Source: an uncultured virus (IMG/VR IMGVR_UViG_3300023108_002122)
Lineage: Duplodnaviria; Heunggongvirae; Uroviricota; Caudoviricetes
Strand: one strand, 5' to 3'
Virus record (IMG/VR): IMGVR_UViG_3300023108_002122
DNA: 20,000 bases
This document shows, one piece after another, positions 7,755 to 16,464 of the stretch (the first letter of the stretch is position 1; every line of letters begins with the position of its first letter). The notes below the pieces were generated by a model that saw only the letters and a list, made by a program, of their open reading frames with translations, was not told the DNA's origin and made no database searches. Made by a program: the position numbers and the translations under genes.

Positions 7755-9548
7755 ATGGCTAAACTAAATATTTCAGAATTAGATTTTGAAACGATTAAAT
7801 CAAACTTTAAAACATATTTAAAAGATCAGACTCAATTTAAAGATTATAACTTTGAAGGATCTAATATGTCTGTATTTTTGGATGTATTAGCTTATAATAC
7901 ATTTCAAAATAACTTTTATACCAATATGGCAGTCAATGAAATGTTCCTTGATTCAGCCGTACTAAAAAATTCTATTGTATCACATGCGAAAGAATTAAAT
8001 TATCTACCGCGTTCTAGAAGATCAGCTCGTGCTGTTGTTAATGTAACTATTACAGACACAACTGTATCAGGACAAACGGTAACTATTCCTGCTTATTCAG
8101 CGTTTACAACAAGCTTTAAAGGTACAAATTATAACTTTATTAATGCAGAAACATATATCGCTCGTAAAACTGCGCCAGGTACTTTTGTTGCAAGTAATGT
8201 AGAAATTTTTGAAGGAGAAATGCTTTCTAGTTTTGAAAGAGAAGGTTTCTTTATAGATGATGATGGTATTTTAAGAGTTATTCTTTCTAACGAAAATGCT
8301 GATACTGATTCTATCGAAGTGTTTATCGATGCTGAAGCAACAGATAATGAAAATGTTTTCATTCGTAAAAATGATGTTTTTGGTGTAGGTCCAACAGATA
8401 AAGTATTTTATGTAGAACCATTTTATGATGGAAGATATTCTATTTATTTTGGTAATAATATATTTGGTCTACAACCTGCTGAGTATGAAGATGTACGTGT
8501 AAGATATCGTATTACTTCTGGTCCTGAAGCAAACGGTGCATATACTTTTTCATTAGAAACAACATCATCAAATTCAGAAGCAACAGTTCAAACAGTTGAA
8601 GCAGCAGCCGGCGGAGCTGAAAGAGAAACTCAAGAAAGTATTAGATATTTTGCTCCAAAATCATTACAAATTCAAGAGCGTGCTGTAACAACAACAGACT
8701 ATGAAATTTTATTGAAAAAGCAATTCCCAGAAATTCAAGCCATTTCAGCTTATGGCGGTGAAGAATTAGATCCACCACAATTTGGTAAAGTTGCTATTTC
8801 AGTTTATCTTGGTGAAGGCAGAGAAGGTTTATCAAGTACATTATCTTCTGCATATATTGAATATTTAAAAGATAAGAGTCCGTTAGCAATCGAGCCAATC
8901 TTTATCGAATCACAATTTATGTATGGTTGTACATATGTTGATGTTTATTTTGATGCAAAAGGAACTAATAAATCTGCAGCACAAATTGAAACATTAGTTA
9001 GAGACGCGGTAACTACTTATAATAAAGATAAGCTTGATAACTTTAATGTTACATTAAGACTATCTAAATTAATTTCCGCAATTGACGCAGCTGATAGTTC
9101 AATTCAATCTAATCAGGTAGAAGTAAATCCTTATGTTTTATATTCACCTGTTGCTGGTATTGCAGAATCGCCTTCATTTAAATTCTTTGCCGAATTAAAG
9201 AAACCATATCCATTTAGAGATTCAAACTTTACTGATTATAAACCTGCTGTTAAAAGTAGTGTATTTGAATATAATTACGTAGATGCGTATTTACAAGATG
9301 ATGGTGAAGGTAATATCCAAATTGTAACATCTAATATTGTAAACCCAGAAGTAATCGTTCCTGTTGCAGGAAGTGTAAATTATAAAACTGGTGCTATTGA
9401 ATTAATTAATTTTAAAGTTACTGCATTAGAAGGATCTAGTATTAGAATTATGGTAACTACTAAGAGAGATGATATTGTTTCTCCTGCTGGTAGAATATTC
9501 TTAATTCAAGATGATGACGTAACAGTAAATATGATTGAGGCAAAGTAA
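7755..9548 (+). CDS. gp6: Baseplate wedge subunit gp6
   Basis: LDFETIKSNFKTYLKDQTQFKDYNFEGSNMSVFLDVLAYNT, NEMFLDSA, SHAKELNYLPRS, SIRYFAP..QERAVTTTDY, AYGGEELDPPQFGKV. Confidence 0.95.
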   Translation: MAKLNISELDFETIKSNFKTYLKDQTQFKDYNFEGSNMSVFLDVLAYNTFQNNFYTNMAVNEMFLDSAVLKNSIVSHAKELNYLPRSRRSARAVVNVTITDTTVSGQTVTIPAYSAFTTSFKGTNYNFINAETYIARKTAPGTFVASNVEIFEGEMLSSFEREGFFIDDDGILRVILSNENADTDSIEVFIDAEATDNENVFIRKNDVFGVGPTDKVFYVEPFYDGRYSIYFGNNIFGLQPAEYEDVRVRYRITSGPEANGAYTFSLETTSSNSEATVQTVEAAAGGAERETQESIRYFAPKSLQIQERAVTTTDYEILLKKQFPEIQAISAYGGEELDPPQFGKVAISVYLGEGREGLSSTLSSAYIEYLKDKSPLAIEPIFIESQFMYGCTYVDVYFDAKGTNKSAAQIETLVRDAVTTYNKDKLDNFNVTLRLSKLISAIDAADSSIQSNQVEVNPYVLYSPVAGIAESPSFKFFAELKKPYPFRDSNFTDYKPAVKSSVFEYNYVDAYLQDDGEGNIQIVTSNIVNPEVIVPVAGSVNYKTGAIELINFKVTALEGSSIRIMVTTKRDDIVSPAGRIFLIQDDDVTVNMIEAK

Positions 9549-11870
9549 ATGGCATTTTATAATAATCAGCCTTTAATTGAAAAGAAAATATCTTTTAAGA
9601 TACCACAGCAATTCCCTGCTCACTTTAGAGAGAATGGCCCCGAATTAGTTCAATTAGTAAAAGATTATTATGAATTCCTTGAAACACAACCAGATATGAG
9701 TGTCTATAATAATAGACGATTATTTGAATATAGAGATATTAGTCAAACATTAGATTCAATGCTTGATTTCTTTAGAAAGAAATTCATGGCAGATCTTCCT
9801 GTATTATCTGATGAAAAAACAAAATTTGTAATTAAAAACATTTTAGATCTATATCGAAGAAAGGGTACTGAATCAGGTATTAGATTATTTTTTAGAATGT
9901 TTTATGAAGAAGATATTGATGTAATCTATCCTTCTAAATATATGTTAAAGCCATCTGATTCAAAATGGCAAACTGGTACTTATTTGCAAATGATGCAAAA
10001 TAATAATGAGTTTCCAAATAGAGCGGGTACAATTATATACACGTATTTAGATTTAATTAGTAGAGATATTGTCGGATCTATTTCTAAAGCAAGAGCAGTT
10101 GTAGATAAAATTAATTTTGTTTTTCTTAATAAAACACTCACTCCTATTATTTACATTTCTAATCCAAAAGGTAAGTTTGTAAAATTTGATGAGATCGTTT
10201 CTCGAATTGATGGAGAGGATATTTCATTCGGAAAATTAAATGGTTCTGCTGATGAATTAGAAATAAATTTAGGATACGGCGGAACAACTGGAAATAAAGT
10301 AGGTGATATATTTAATTTAGAATCTGAATATGGTAAAGGCGGTACATGTATCGTAACCGATCTTGAAGATGAATTTACCGGTACTATTGATTACAATCTT
10401 CTTGATGGAGGATTTGGATATACAATAGAAAATACTAAAATACTTGTATCTAATCAAGTATTAGTTATACCAAATGAACCAAGAAGATTTACCGTATTAG
10501 AAAGATTAAAAGATAGTGCAAATAATGTCGGTACTGTTATTGGACAAAATGGTATTGCAGTTGGTTTAAAAATGGAAGGTGGACAAGAATTTGCATGGGG
10601 CCGCACGATTGAAACAATGGACAGAAGTCCAAATATTGTAATTCCATTTTATAATGCTAATTCAGCGCCTGATGGTATTTTAACAGTAGGTGGAAAAAAT
10701 GATTCATCGCCTGGTCCGTTATATGCAAATACCGGTGATCCTACTCATGCTAAAGTAGAAACATTAAGTAATATTGAAACTGTTAGTCTCATTACAGATA
10801 AATTAGCAGGCTTTTTAAATGTACCATTAAATTCATCGAATTTTAATGCTGTCCCTCCTGCGACCCAACCAATGTCTGGTAATACAGATCCAGTAACACT
10901 TGCTACAGCATTAGAAGATGCTTTCGATTTAACTCCATTTGATATTGGTACTATTGAAACATTTGAAAATATCGATCCTGGCGAAAATTATGTTAATGAT
11001 GTTTGGACTCTCGTTAAAGATGAGGTAATGATTGGTTTTGACAGAAGAAACCAAATTTTAACATTTGATGATTTTAATGCATCTTTTTCTGAAGGAGATG
11101 TTATATCTCAAAATCAAGGTGGGGGTGTAATTGTTAGTGGTGTTATTTTAGGAGTTAATAGTAATTTAAAATATATTAATGTAAGACCTTATAGTTATTA
11201 TGGATTTAAGAAAGGCTTTAATGTTAACCATTTCGGTAATTACTTCGAAGTAATTTCTGTTGAGGTAGATTATAGCTCTGAACAATTTGGTGATAACGCT
11301 GATTTATTTTCAAAAACATTATTTTCACAAGGAAGAATTGCTGCAGCAAAAGTTTTAAATTCTGGTTTTGGTTATATTGATAAAGAAACAGTATATCTAA
11401 CAGATGATGAAGGAACTCGTCATGCAGAAGCAGAATTAAGAGCAAATTCACAAGGTATTACTGCAGGATTTTGGGGATCAACAACATCTCATATTAATGG
11501 ATATACTAAAACATTAGCAGAAGATGGAGAAGATTTTTATTACGATTCTCAAATGAAAATACAAGATAGTGATTATTATCAAGAATTTTCTTATGAAATT
11601 AAATCTACAATTGATCCTAAACGTTATGAAACTGTATTAAAAGAAAGTATGCATTTAGCAGGTACTAAATTATATGGAGACTTCATTTATAAAAATAAAG
11701 CTTCAGTTGGACTTGGTGCTAAGATGTTTGTACAAACTAAAGATGATTATATTAAAGGCGGTAATCCAATTGTCGGTCCAGGTCAAAGTATAGGAAGTCA
11801 AGTTGTAACAGCAGATAATTATGTTTATACAGTAGATACTACTTCATTTGCTGCTGACCTTGCAAGATAA
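9549..11870 (+). CDS. gp7: Baseplate wedge initiator gp7-like
   Basis: QQFPAHFRE..LVKDYYEFLE, IKNILDLYRRKGTESGIRLFFRMFY, LKPSDSKW, KIQDSDYYQEFSYEIKS, MHLAGTKLYG. Follows gp6. Confidence 0.85.
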   Translation: MAFYNNQPLIEKKISFKIPQQFPAHFRENGPELVQLVKDYYEFLETQPDMSVYNNRRLFEYRDISQTLDSMLDFFRKKFMADLPVLSDEKTKFVIKNILDLYRRKGTESGIRLFFRMFYEEDIDVIYPSKYMLKPSDSKWQTGTYLQMMQNNNEFPNRAGTIIYTYLDLISRDIVGSISKARAVVDKINFVFLNKTLTPIIYISNPKGKFVKFDEIVSRIDGEDISFGKLNGSADELEINLGYGGTTGNKVGDIFNLESEYGKGGTCIVTDLEDEFTGTIDYNLLDGGFGYTIENTKILVSNQVLVIPNEPRRFTVLERLKDSANNVGTVIGQNGIAVGLKMEGGQEFAWGRTIETMDRSPNIVIPFYNANSAPDGILTVGGKNDSSPGPLYANTGDPTHAKVETLSNIETVSLITDKLAGFLNVPLNSSNFNAVPPATQPMSGNTDPVTLATALEDAFDLTPFDIGTIETFENIDPGENYVNDVWTLVKDEVMIGFDRRNQILTFDDFNASFSEGDVISQNQGGGVIVSGVILGVNSNLKYINVRPYSYYGFKKGFNVNHFGNYFEVISVEVDYSSEQFGDNADLFSKTLFSQGRIAAAKVLNSGFGYIDKETVYLTDDEGTRHAEAELRANSQGITAGFWGSTTSHINGYTKTLAEDGEDFYYDSQMKIQDSDYYQEFSYEIKSTIDPKRYETVLKESMHLAGTKLYGDFIYKNKASVGLGAKMFVQTKDDYIKGGNPIVGPGQSIGSQVVTADNYVYTVDTTSFAADLAR

Positions 11871-11878
11871 AATAAATA
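11871..11878 (+). promoter_or_regulatory. Probable late promoter variant AATAAATA
   Basis: One mismatch to TATAAATA, in the 41-nt gap, about 33 nt upstream of the ATG at 11912 (similar spacing to the other promoters). Chance matches are common in AT-rich DNA. Confidence 0.55.
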
Positions 11879-11911
11879 ATAAATTAAACAAATTAAAATA
11901 GGAATAGAAAA

Positions 11912-13078
11912 ATGGCAAAGCAAACAATTAATATCGGATTAGCTCCTAATGATGGAAATGGCGATCCTATAAGAGATGCTTTTGATAAAGTTAATGATAA
12001 TTTTACAGAATTGTATAACTTCGATGCGGGTTTGCCGGCAGTTGCAACATCTGGAGATTACGGAGATTTACAGGGTTTGCCAACCTTATTCACAGCAAAT
12101 AATATTAGTGTTAATACTGCTAACACAGCAAATACTTTTTCATTAAACTATAATAATACAACTGCAACAATAACTTTAATACCAGGAAGAATTCCAGATG
12201 ATTTAACTGATTTAGGAATCGCAGACGGGGCTAATGGTACTGTATTAACAACTGATGGTAGTGGAAATTTTAGATTTTTATCAGTTGGAGCTGTTGGTGG
12301 CGGTGGAATCGCTCTTACTGATTTAAGTGTTGGTACTCCAGCTTCCGCTAATAGCAGTGGTGCTTTAGCATATAATAATACTAGCGGTGTATTTACATAC
12401 ACTCCTCCAGTTATTCCAGCAGATTTATTAGACTTGGGTATTAGCGATGGTTCTAATAATCAAGTATTAACAACCGATGGTGCAGGTAATTTTACATTTA
12501 AAACAGTTACAACTGGTGGTGTTTCATATGCAGATTCCGATGTAGATGCTCATTTAAATACAAGTTCTGCCGCAAATAATGAAGTATTAAGTTGGAATGG
12601 TACTGATTACGACTGGGTTGCACAAAGTAGTGGCAGCGGCGGTGGATTATCAAATACAGAAATTATTAATCTAGTATCTGGATCTGGCCTAGTCATGTTA
12701 CCAACAAGAACTACAAAAACTGGTACAACAACATCTCTTGCTGATGGCGCTAGTGGTAATTTAGACATTACAGGATTTAAATCTTATGGATTAATGTCAA
12801 TTCAAACAGATAAAGCTGCTTGGGTAAGAATTTATACAGATGATGCTTCAAGAACTGCAGACGCATCTAGAGCAGAAACAACAGATCCTACTCCAGATGC
12901 TGGTGTTGTTGCAGAAGTAATTACAACAGGAGCAAGTACTATATTAGTTTCACCTGGTGTATTTGGATTTAATAATGAAGCAACTCCAACTACAACAATT
13001 CCTTGCGCAGTTAAAAATAAATCTGGTTCTACAGCTACTGTACAAGTTACACTTAAATTATTACAACTAGAGGCTTAA
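11912..13078 (+). CDS. Fibre-like structural protein with a gp9/gp10-type N-terminal attachment motif, a Gly/Thr-rich repeated shaft and a beta-rich C-terminal domain
   Basis: MAKQTINIGLAPNDGNGDPIRDAFDKVNDNFTELY matches the gp9/gp10-like N-terminus. Fibre motifs VLTTDG.GNF.F and VLSWNGT. AGGA SD. Confidence 0.75.
   Translation: MAKQTINIGLAPNDGNGDPIRDAFDKVNDNFTELYNFDAGLPAVATSGDYGDLQGLPTLFTANNISVNTANTANTFSLNYNNTTATITLIPGRIPDDLTDLGIADGANGTVLTTDGSGNFRFLSVGAVGGGGIALTDLSVGTPASANSSGALAYNNTSGVFTYTPPVIPADLLDLGISDGSNNQVLTTDGAGNFTFKTVTTGGVSYADSDVDAHLNTSSAANNEVLSWNGTDYDWVAQSSGSGGGLSNTEIINLVSGSGLVMLPTRTTKTGTTTSLADGASGNLDITGFKSYGLMSIQTDKAAWVRIYTDDASRTADASRAETTDPTPDAGVVAEVITTGASTILVSPGVFGFNNEATPTTTIPCAVKNKSGSTATVQVTLKLLQLEA
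12107..12520 (+). repeat. Two diverged in-frame tandem repeats (period about 222 nt / 74 aa) in the fibre shaft
   Basis: YNNTTATITLIPGRIPDDLTDLGIADGANGTVLTTDGSGNFRF versus YNNTSGVFTYTPPVIPADLLDLGISDGSNNQVLTTDGAGNFTF. Cores at 12191-12277 and 12413-12499. Confidence 0.85.
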
Positions 13079-13079
13079 T

Positions 13080-14768
13080 ATGCTAAGAGAATGGATTGTC
13101 ACTCTCCATAATAAAGAAGATCTCGAAGATTTCTATAATGATATGGAAACACCGGGAGGCAATTTATATATTCCAGACAGAGCTGTTGACCTAGTAAATA
13201 GAAGAGAAATTAGTCGTAATACGCATTATATGTTAACTGATGAAGAAGTTGAAGAAGTTAAAAAAGATCCAAGAGTATGGGGTTGTGATTTAAGAGAACT
13301 TGTTGATAATACAACAAAACCCTGTGGTTATTCTCTTACAAATGCAGATTTTGAAAAGTCTTGGCTTAGTGCTGCTGCAACGGATATTAACTGGGGATTA
13401 TTAAGAGAAACAGAAGTTGATAATAGAACTAACTGGGGAGATAATGGAACATCATTAGTTACTGATAATTTAACAATTACTGCTTCGGGAAAAAATGTAG
13501 ATGTATTAATTGTAGATGGTCATATTGATCCAGATCATCCAGAATTTGCAGTTAATTCAGATGGCTCTGGTGGTTCAAGAGTTGTACAATATAATTGGTT
13601 TCAAAATAATGTTGGTTCTGGTACAGGTACTTATACTTATGATAGATCTGGTTCTTATACAAATGCTTTAGATGCGGATGATAACGATCATGGTTGTCAT
13701 TGCGCAGGAACAGTAGCAGGTAATACACAAGGATGGGCTAGAGATGCAAACATTTATAATATTAGTCCTTATGGTTCGAATCCAAACTGGGGTAATGTAG
13801 GCTACGGCTCTTCTACAATGTGGGATTATATTAGAGCTTGGCACAATTCAAAACCAATTAATTCTGCAACTGGCAGAAGAAATCCTACTATATCAAATAA
13901 TAGTTATGGATCTAGTATTATTTCAAATTATTCTGGAAGTTATACTACAGGTGCTATTACTAGAATAAATTATAGAGGAGTTGATTTTAATCCTGGTAGA
14001 GATCTAACCGTTGCTGAGTTAGAAGCAAGAGGTTGCTATACTAATGCAAGTACTACAATGAGTATTCCGAATTATTTTACATCTCGTGAAGCTGATATCC
14101 AAGATGCTATTGATGATGGAATTATTATTGTAGCTTCTGCAGGAAATGATAGTTGGAAGATTGTTAATAGTAATGACCAAGATTATAATAATTATTTTGA
14201 AATGGTTTATCAAGGCGTTAATTTTAGTTGGTATTTACATAGAGGTACAGGATCAGCAGCAGGCTACGCCCCTGTTATAACAGTTGGTGCCGTATGTAAT
14301 AATACAACAGAAGAAAAAGCAACATTTAGTAATTGTGGAAGTCAAGTAGATGTTTATGCCGCAGGTGAAGCGATTAATAGTTCTTTACATAGAGCTTCTA
14401 GTGGAGGAGCAGGTAGTGGTGTAAATGATCCAAGAAATGCTAGTTATGCTATTGGTAAATATCAAGGAACAAGTATGTCCGGACCGCAGGTTGCAGGAAT
14501 ACTTGCTTTGCTTGCTGAAAGTTGGCCAAATATGAATCAAGAGGAAGCTCATGCTTGGATTGTTGATAATGCTAATGATAATAAAATGTACGATACAAAT
14601 ACAGATGATCCTACAGATAGAGTAAGTTTACAATTTGGCGATAACAAATATGCTAGATGGATTAATCAAAGACAAATAGATGGAAATAATTTTCCACAAA
14701 GAAATTTTGCAGTAAGACCTACGTCTGGTACTGCATATCCTAGACCAAGAATTAGAAGAAGAGGCTAG
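13080..14768 (+). CDS. Subtilisin-like serine protease (peptidase S8) with a putative I9-like prodomain
   Basis: Triad D146 (VDVLIVDGHIDPDHPEF), H204 (HGCHCAGTVAG), S465 (GTSMSGPQVAG), plus oxyanion N356 (ASAGND), VITVGA, FSNCGSQVDVYAAG. No signal peptide evident. Confidence 0.93.
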   Translation: MLREWIVTLHNKEDLEDFYNDMETPGGNLYIPDRAVDLVNRREISRNTHYMLTDEEVEEVKKDPRVWGCDLRELVDNTTKPCGYSLTNADFEKSWLSAAATDINWGLLRETEVDNRTNWGDNGTSLVTDNLTITASGKNVDVLIVDGHIDPDHPEFAVNSDGSGGSRVVQYNWFQNNVGSGTGTYTYDRSGSYTNALDADDNDHGCHCAGTVAGNTQGWARDANIYNISPYGSNPNWGNVGYGSSTMWDYIRAWHNSKPINSATGRRNPTISNNSYGSSIISNYSGSYTTGAITRINYRGVDFNPGRDLTVAELEARGCYTNASTTMSIPNYFTSREADIQDAIDDGIIIVASAGNDSWKIVNSNDQDYNNYFEMVYQGVNFSWYLHRGTGSAAGYAPVITVGAVCNNTTEEKATFSNCGSQVDVYAAGEAINSSLHRASSGGAGSGVNDPRNASYAIGKYQGTSMSGPQVAGILALLAESWPNMNQEEAHAWIVDNANDNKMYDTNTDDPTDRVSLQFGDNKYARWINQRQIDGNNFPQRNFAVRPTSGTAYPRPRIRRRG

Positions 14769-14776
14769 ACTGTGAT

Positions 14777-14784
14777 TATAAATA
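14777..14784 (+). promoter_or_regulatory. T4-type late promoter TATAAATA upstream of gp8
   Basis: Exact consensus in the 37-nt intergenic gap, 21 nt before the ATG at 14806. Confidence 0.85.
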
Positions 14785-14805
14785 TTACAAAAGATTGGAT
14801 AAGAA

Positions 14806-16452
14806 ATGGCTGAAGTACTAACTACCACACTAAAAAACGATATCGCTAGATTATTCTACGAAGATTTAACTAATAATGATTATTACGTTATGGTTTCTTC
14901 TGTCTCTAACCAAGAATTAGTAAGAGTTGACGCTGTTAATTCTCAATATAGTAAAAACGAATTTAAAGAAAAAGTTCTTTTTGGTAAAAAATTATATCAA
15001 AATGATCTTAAGTTTATGATTAAATATTATCCTTGGCAAAAGGATGAAACATATACTCAATATGATGATCAAGTTGATTTAGAAGGAACTAATTTCTATG
15101 CTGTAGTTGGTCCAACTAATAATGACTCTGGAGATTATAGAGTTTATAAATGCTTGTCAAATAATAATGGCAATCCTTCTACGGTACCACCTAATTATAA
15201 TCCAACAACAATCAATCAAATTTATAGAACTGCTGATGGTTATGTTTGGAAATTTATGTATTATCTTACAGAGTCTGATTTCGAAGCTTATAATGCTATT
15301 GGTTTTATTCCATTACATGGCACGTTTGAAATTAATCCAAATCCTTCAGCGAATGCAAATAATATTATTACAGGAGCTGAGGTAAGTGATATTTTTGTAG
15401 AAAATTATATTGATAATAATGGTTATACTTTTGTATCTGTTGGAAATGTTCCATCAACACCCGGTAATCAATCTCAAGTTCAATTATCATCTTCTGAATT
15501 AAGTCAGATTACAGATTATTATTCTGGAATGACTCTCGTCCTTACTAAAAATACACAAACATGGACTTATTTAATTGATTCATATACTTATAGAGATTCT
15601 TCTGGCACTGGTTTTGCCACGGTCGTTGGTGATCCGCAAGGTGATGGTGTAACATTAGGCGCGTCATTTAAGATTGTTCCTACAATAGAAATTAAAGGTG
15701 ATGGCACAGGTGCTGTAGCAATACCTTATGTAAATAGTGAAGGACGTATTACTTCAGTACAAGTATTAGAAACAGGTTCTGGCTATCATAGAATTACTGC
15801 AACCGTAAAAGATCCAGCTTTTGATTTTGATCCTGATGATCCAACAACAATTGATGTTAGAGCAACTTTAAGACCAGTACTTTCTCCAGAAGGTTATCAT
15901 AATTGGAATCTAATTGATGAAATGCATTGTCGTCATATATTGCTTTATGGTTATATTACAGAAGATGATAATAACCAAATAGGTGCAACAAATAATTATT
16001 CAGCAATTGGTATTATAAAAAATCCAGAATTTACTTCAGATGCAAGTGGTAATACAGCATCGCCACATGTATTTGATAATAGAATTCAAGTTATAACAGA
16101 CGATTATGGAAAAGCAGTTGTCGATGGAAGATTATATCAAGTAGATACAGATCAAAATATAATTTTTGATTCTAGAGTACATGACATATATGGACAAGCA
16201 AACACTGTATACTTATGTGATTATATGGGACCATATATTAATCAAACAAACAATGATATTTCTTTTGATTATACAAAAGATTTATTTAATTCAACAGGAC
16301 AGAGAATACAAATAAATAATCCAGTAGCCAATAATGTTATTGAGTCAAGATATGTACAAAGATCTGGCACAGTATATTTTATGGAAGACTTCTTCCCGTT
16401 AGAAAGATCGGAAACTTCTAGAGAAGAATATAAACTGGTTTTAGAATTTTAA
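14806..16452 (+). CDS. gp8: Baseplate wedge subunit gp8
   Basis: YPWQKDETYTQYDD, YRVYKCLSNNNGNPSTVPP, TADGYVWKFMY, LSPEGYH, IGIIKNP, SGTVYFMEDFFPLERSETSREEYKLVLEF. Confidence 0.9.
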   Translation: MAEVLTTTLKNDIARLFYEDLTNNDYYVMVSSVSNQELVRVDAVNSQYSKNEFKEKVLFGKKLYQNDLKFMIKYYPWQKDETYTQYDDQVDLEGTNFYAVVGPTNNDSGDYRVYKCLSNNNGNPSTVPPNYNPTTINQIYRTADGYVWKFMYYLTESDFEAYNAIGFIPLHGTFEINPNPSANANNIITGAEVSDIFVENYIDNNGYTFVSVGNVPSTPGNQSQVQLSSSELSQITDYYSGMTLVLTKNTQTWTYLIDSYTYRDSSGTGFATVVGDPQGDGVTLGASFKIVPTIEIKGDGTGAVAIPYVNSEGRITSVQVLETGSGYHRITATVKDPAFDFDPDDPTTIDVRATLRPVLSPEGYHNWNLIDEMHCRHILLYGYITEDDNNQIGATNNYSAIGIIKNPEFTSDASGNTASPHVFDNRIQVITDDYGKAVVDGRLYQVDTDQNIIFDSRVHDIYGQANTVYLCDYMGPYINQTNNDISFDYTKDLFNSTGQRIQINNPVANNVIESRYVQRSGTVYFMEDFFPLERSETSREEYKLVLEF

Positions 16453-16464
16453 GGAAATAGATAA

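Noticed and set aside
2181..9548. Bacterial T6SS or extracellular contractile injection system locus
   Set aside because: gp4, T4-type gp6/gp7/gp8, VrlC and gp55-type late promoters indicate a bona fide T4-like phage.
15107..15385. 92-aa plus-strand ORF nested in gp8
   Set aside because: Out-of-frame and Ile/Leu/Met-rich, as expected from a shifted reading of AT-rich codons. It overlaps the most conserved part of gp8.
5729..16318. Intragenic AATAAATA matches (5729-5736, 6767-6774, 16311-16318) as internal late promoters
   Set aside because: Several such matches are expected by chance in 20 kb of AT-rich DNA, and they encode common Ile-Asn dipeptides. Not supportable without TSS data.
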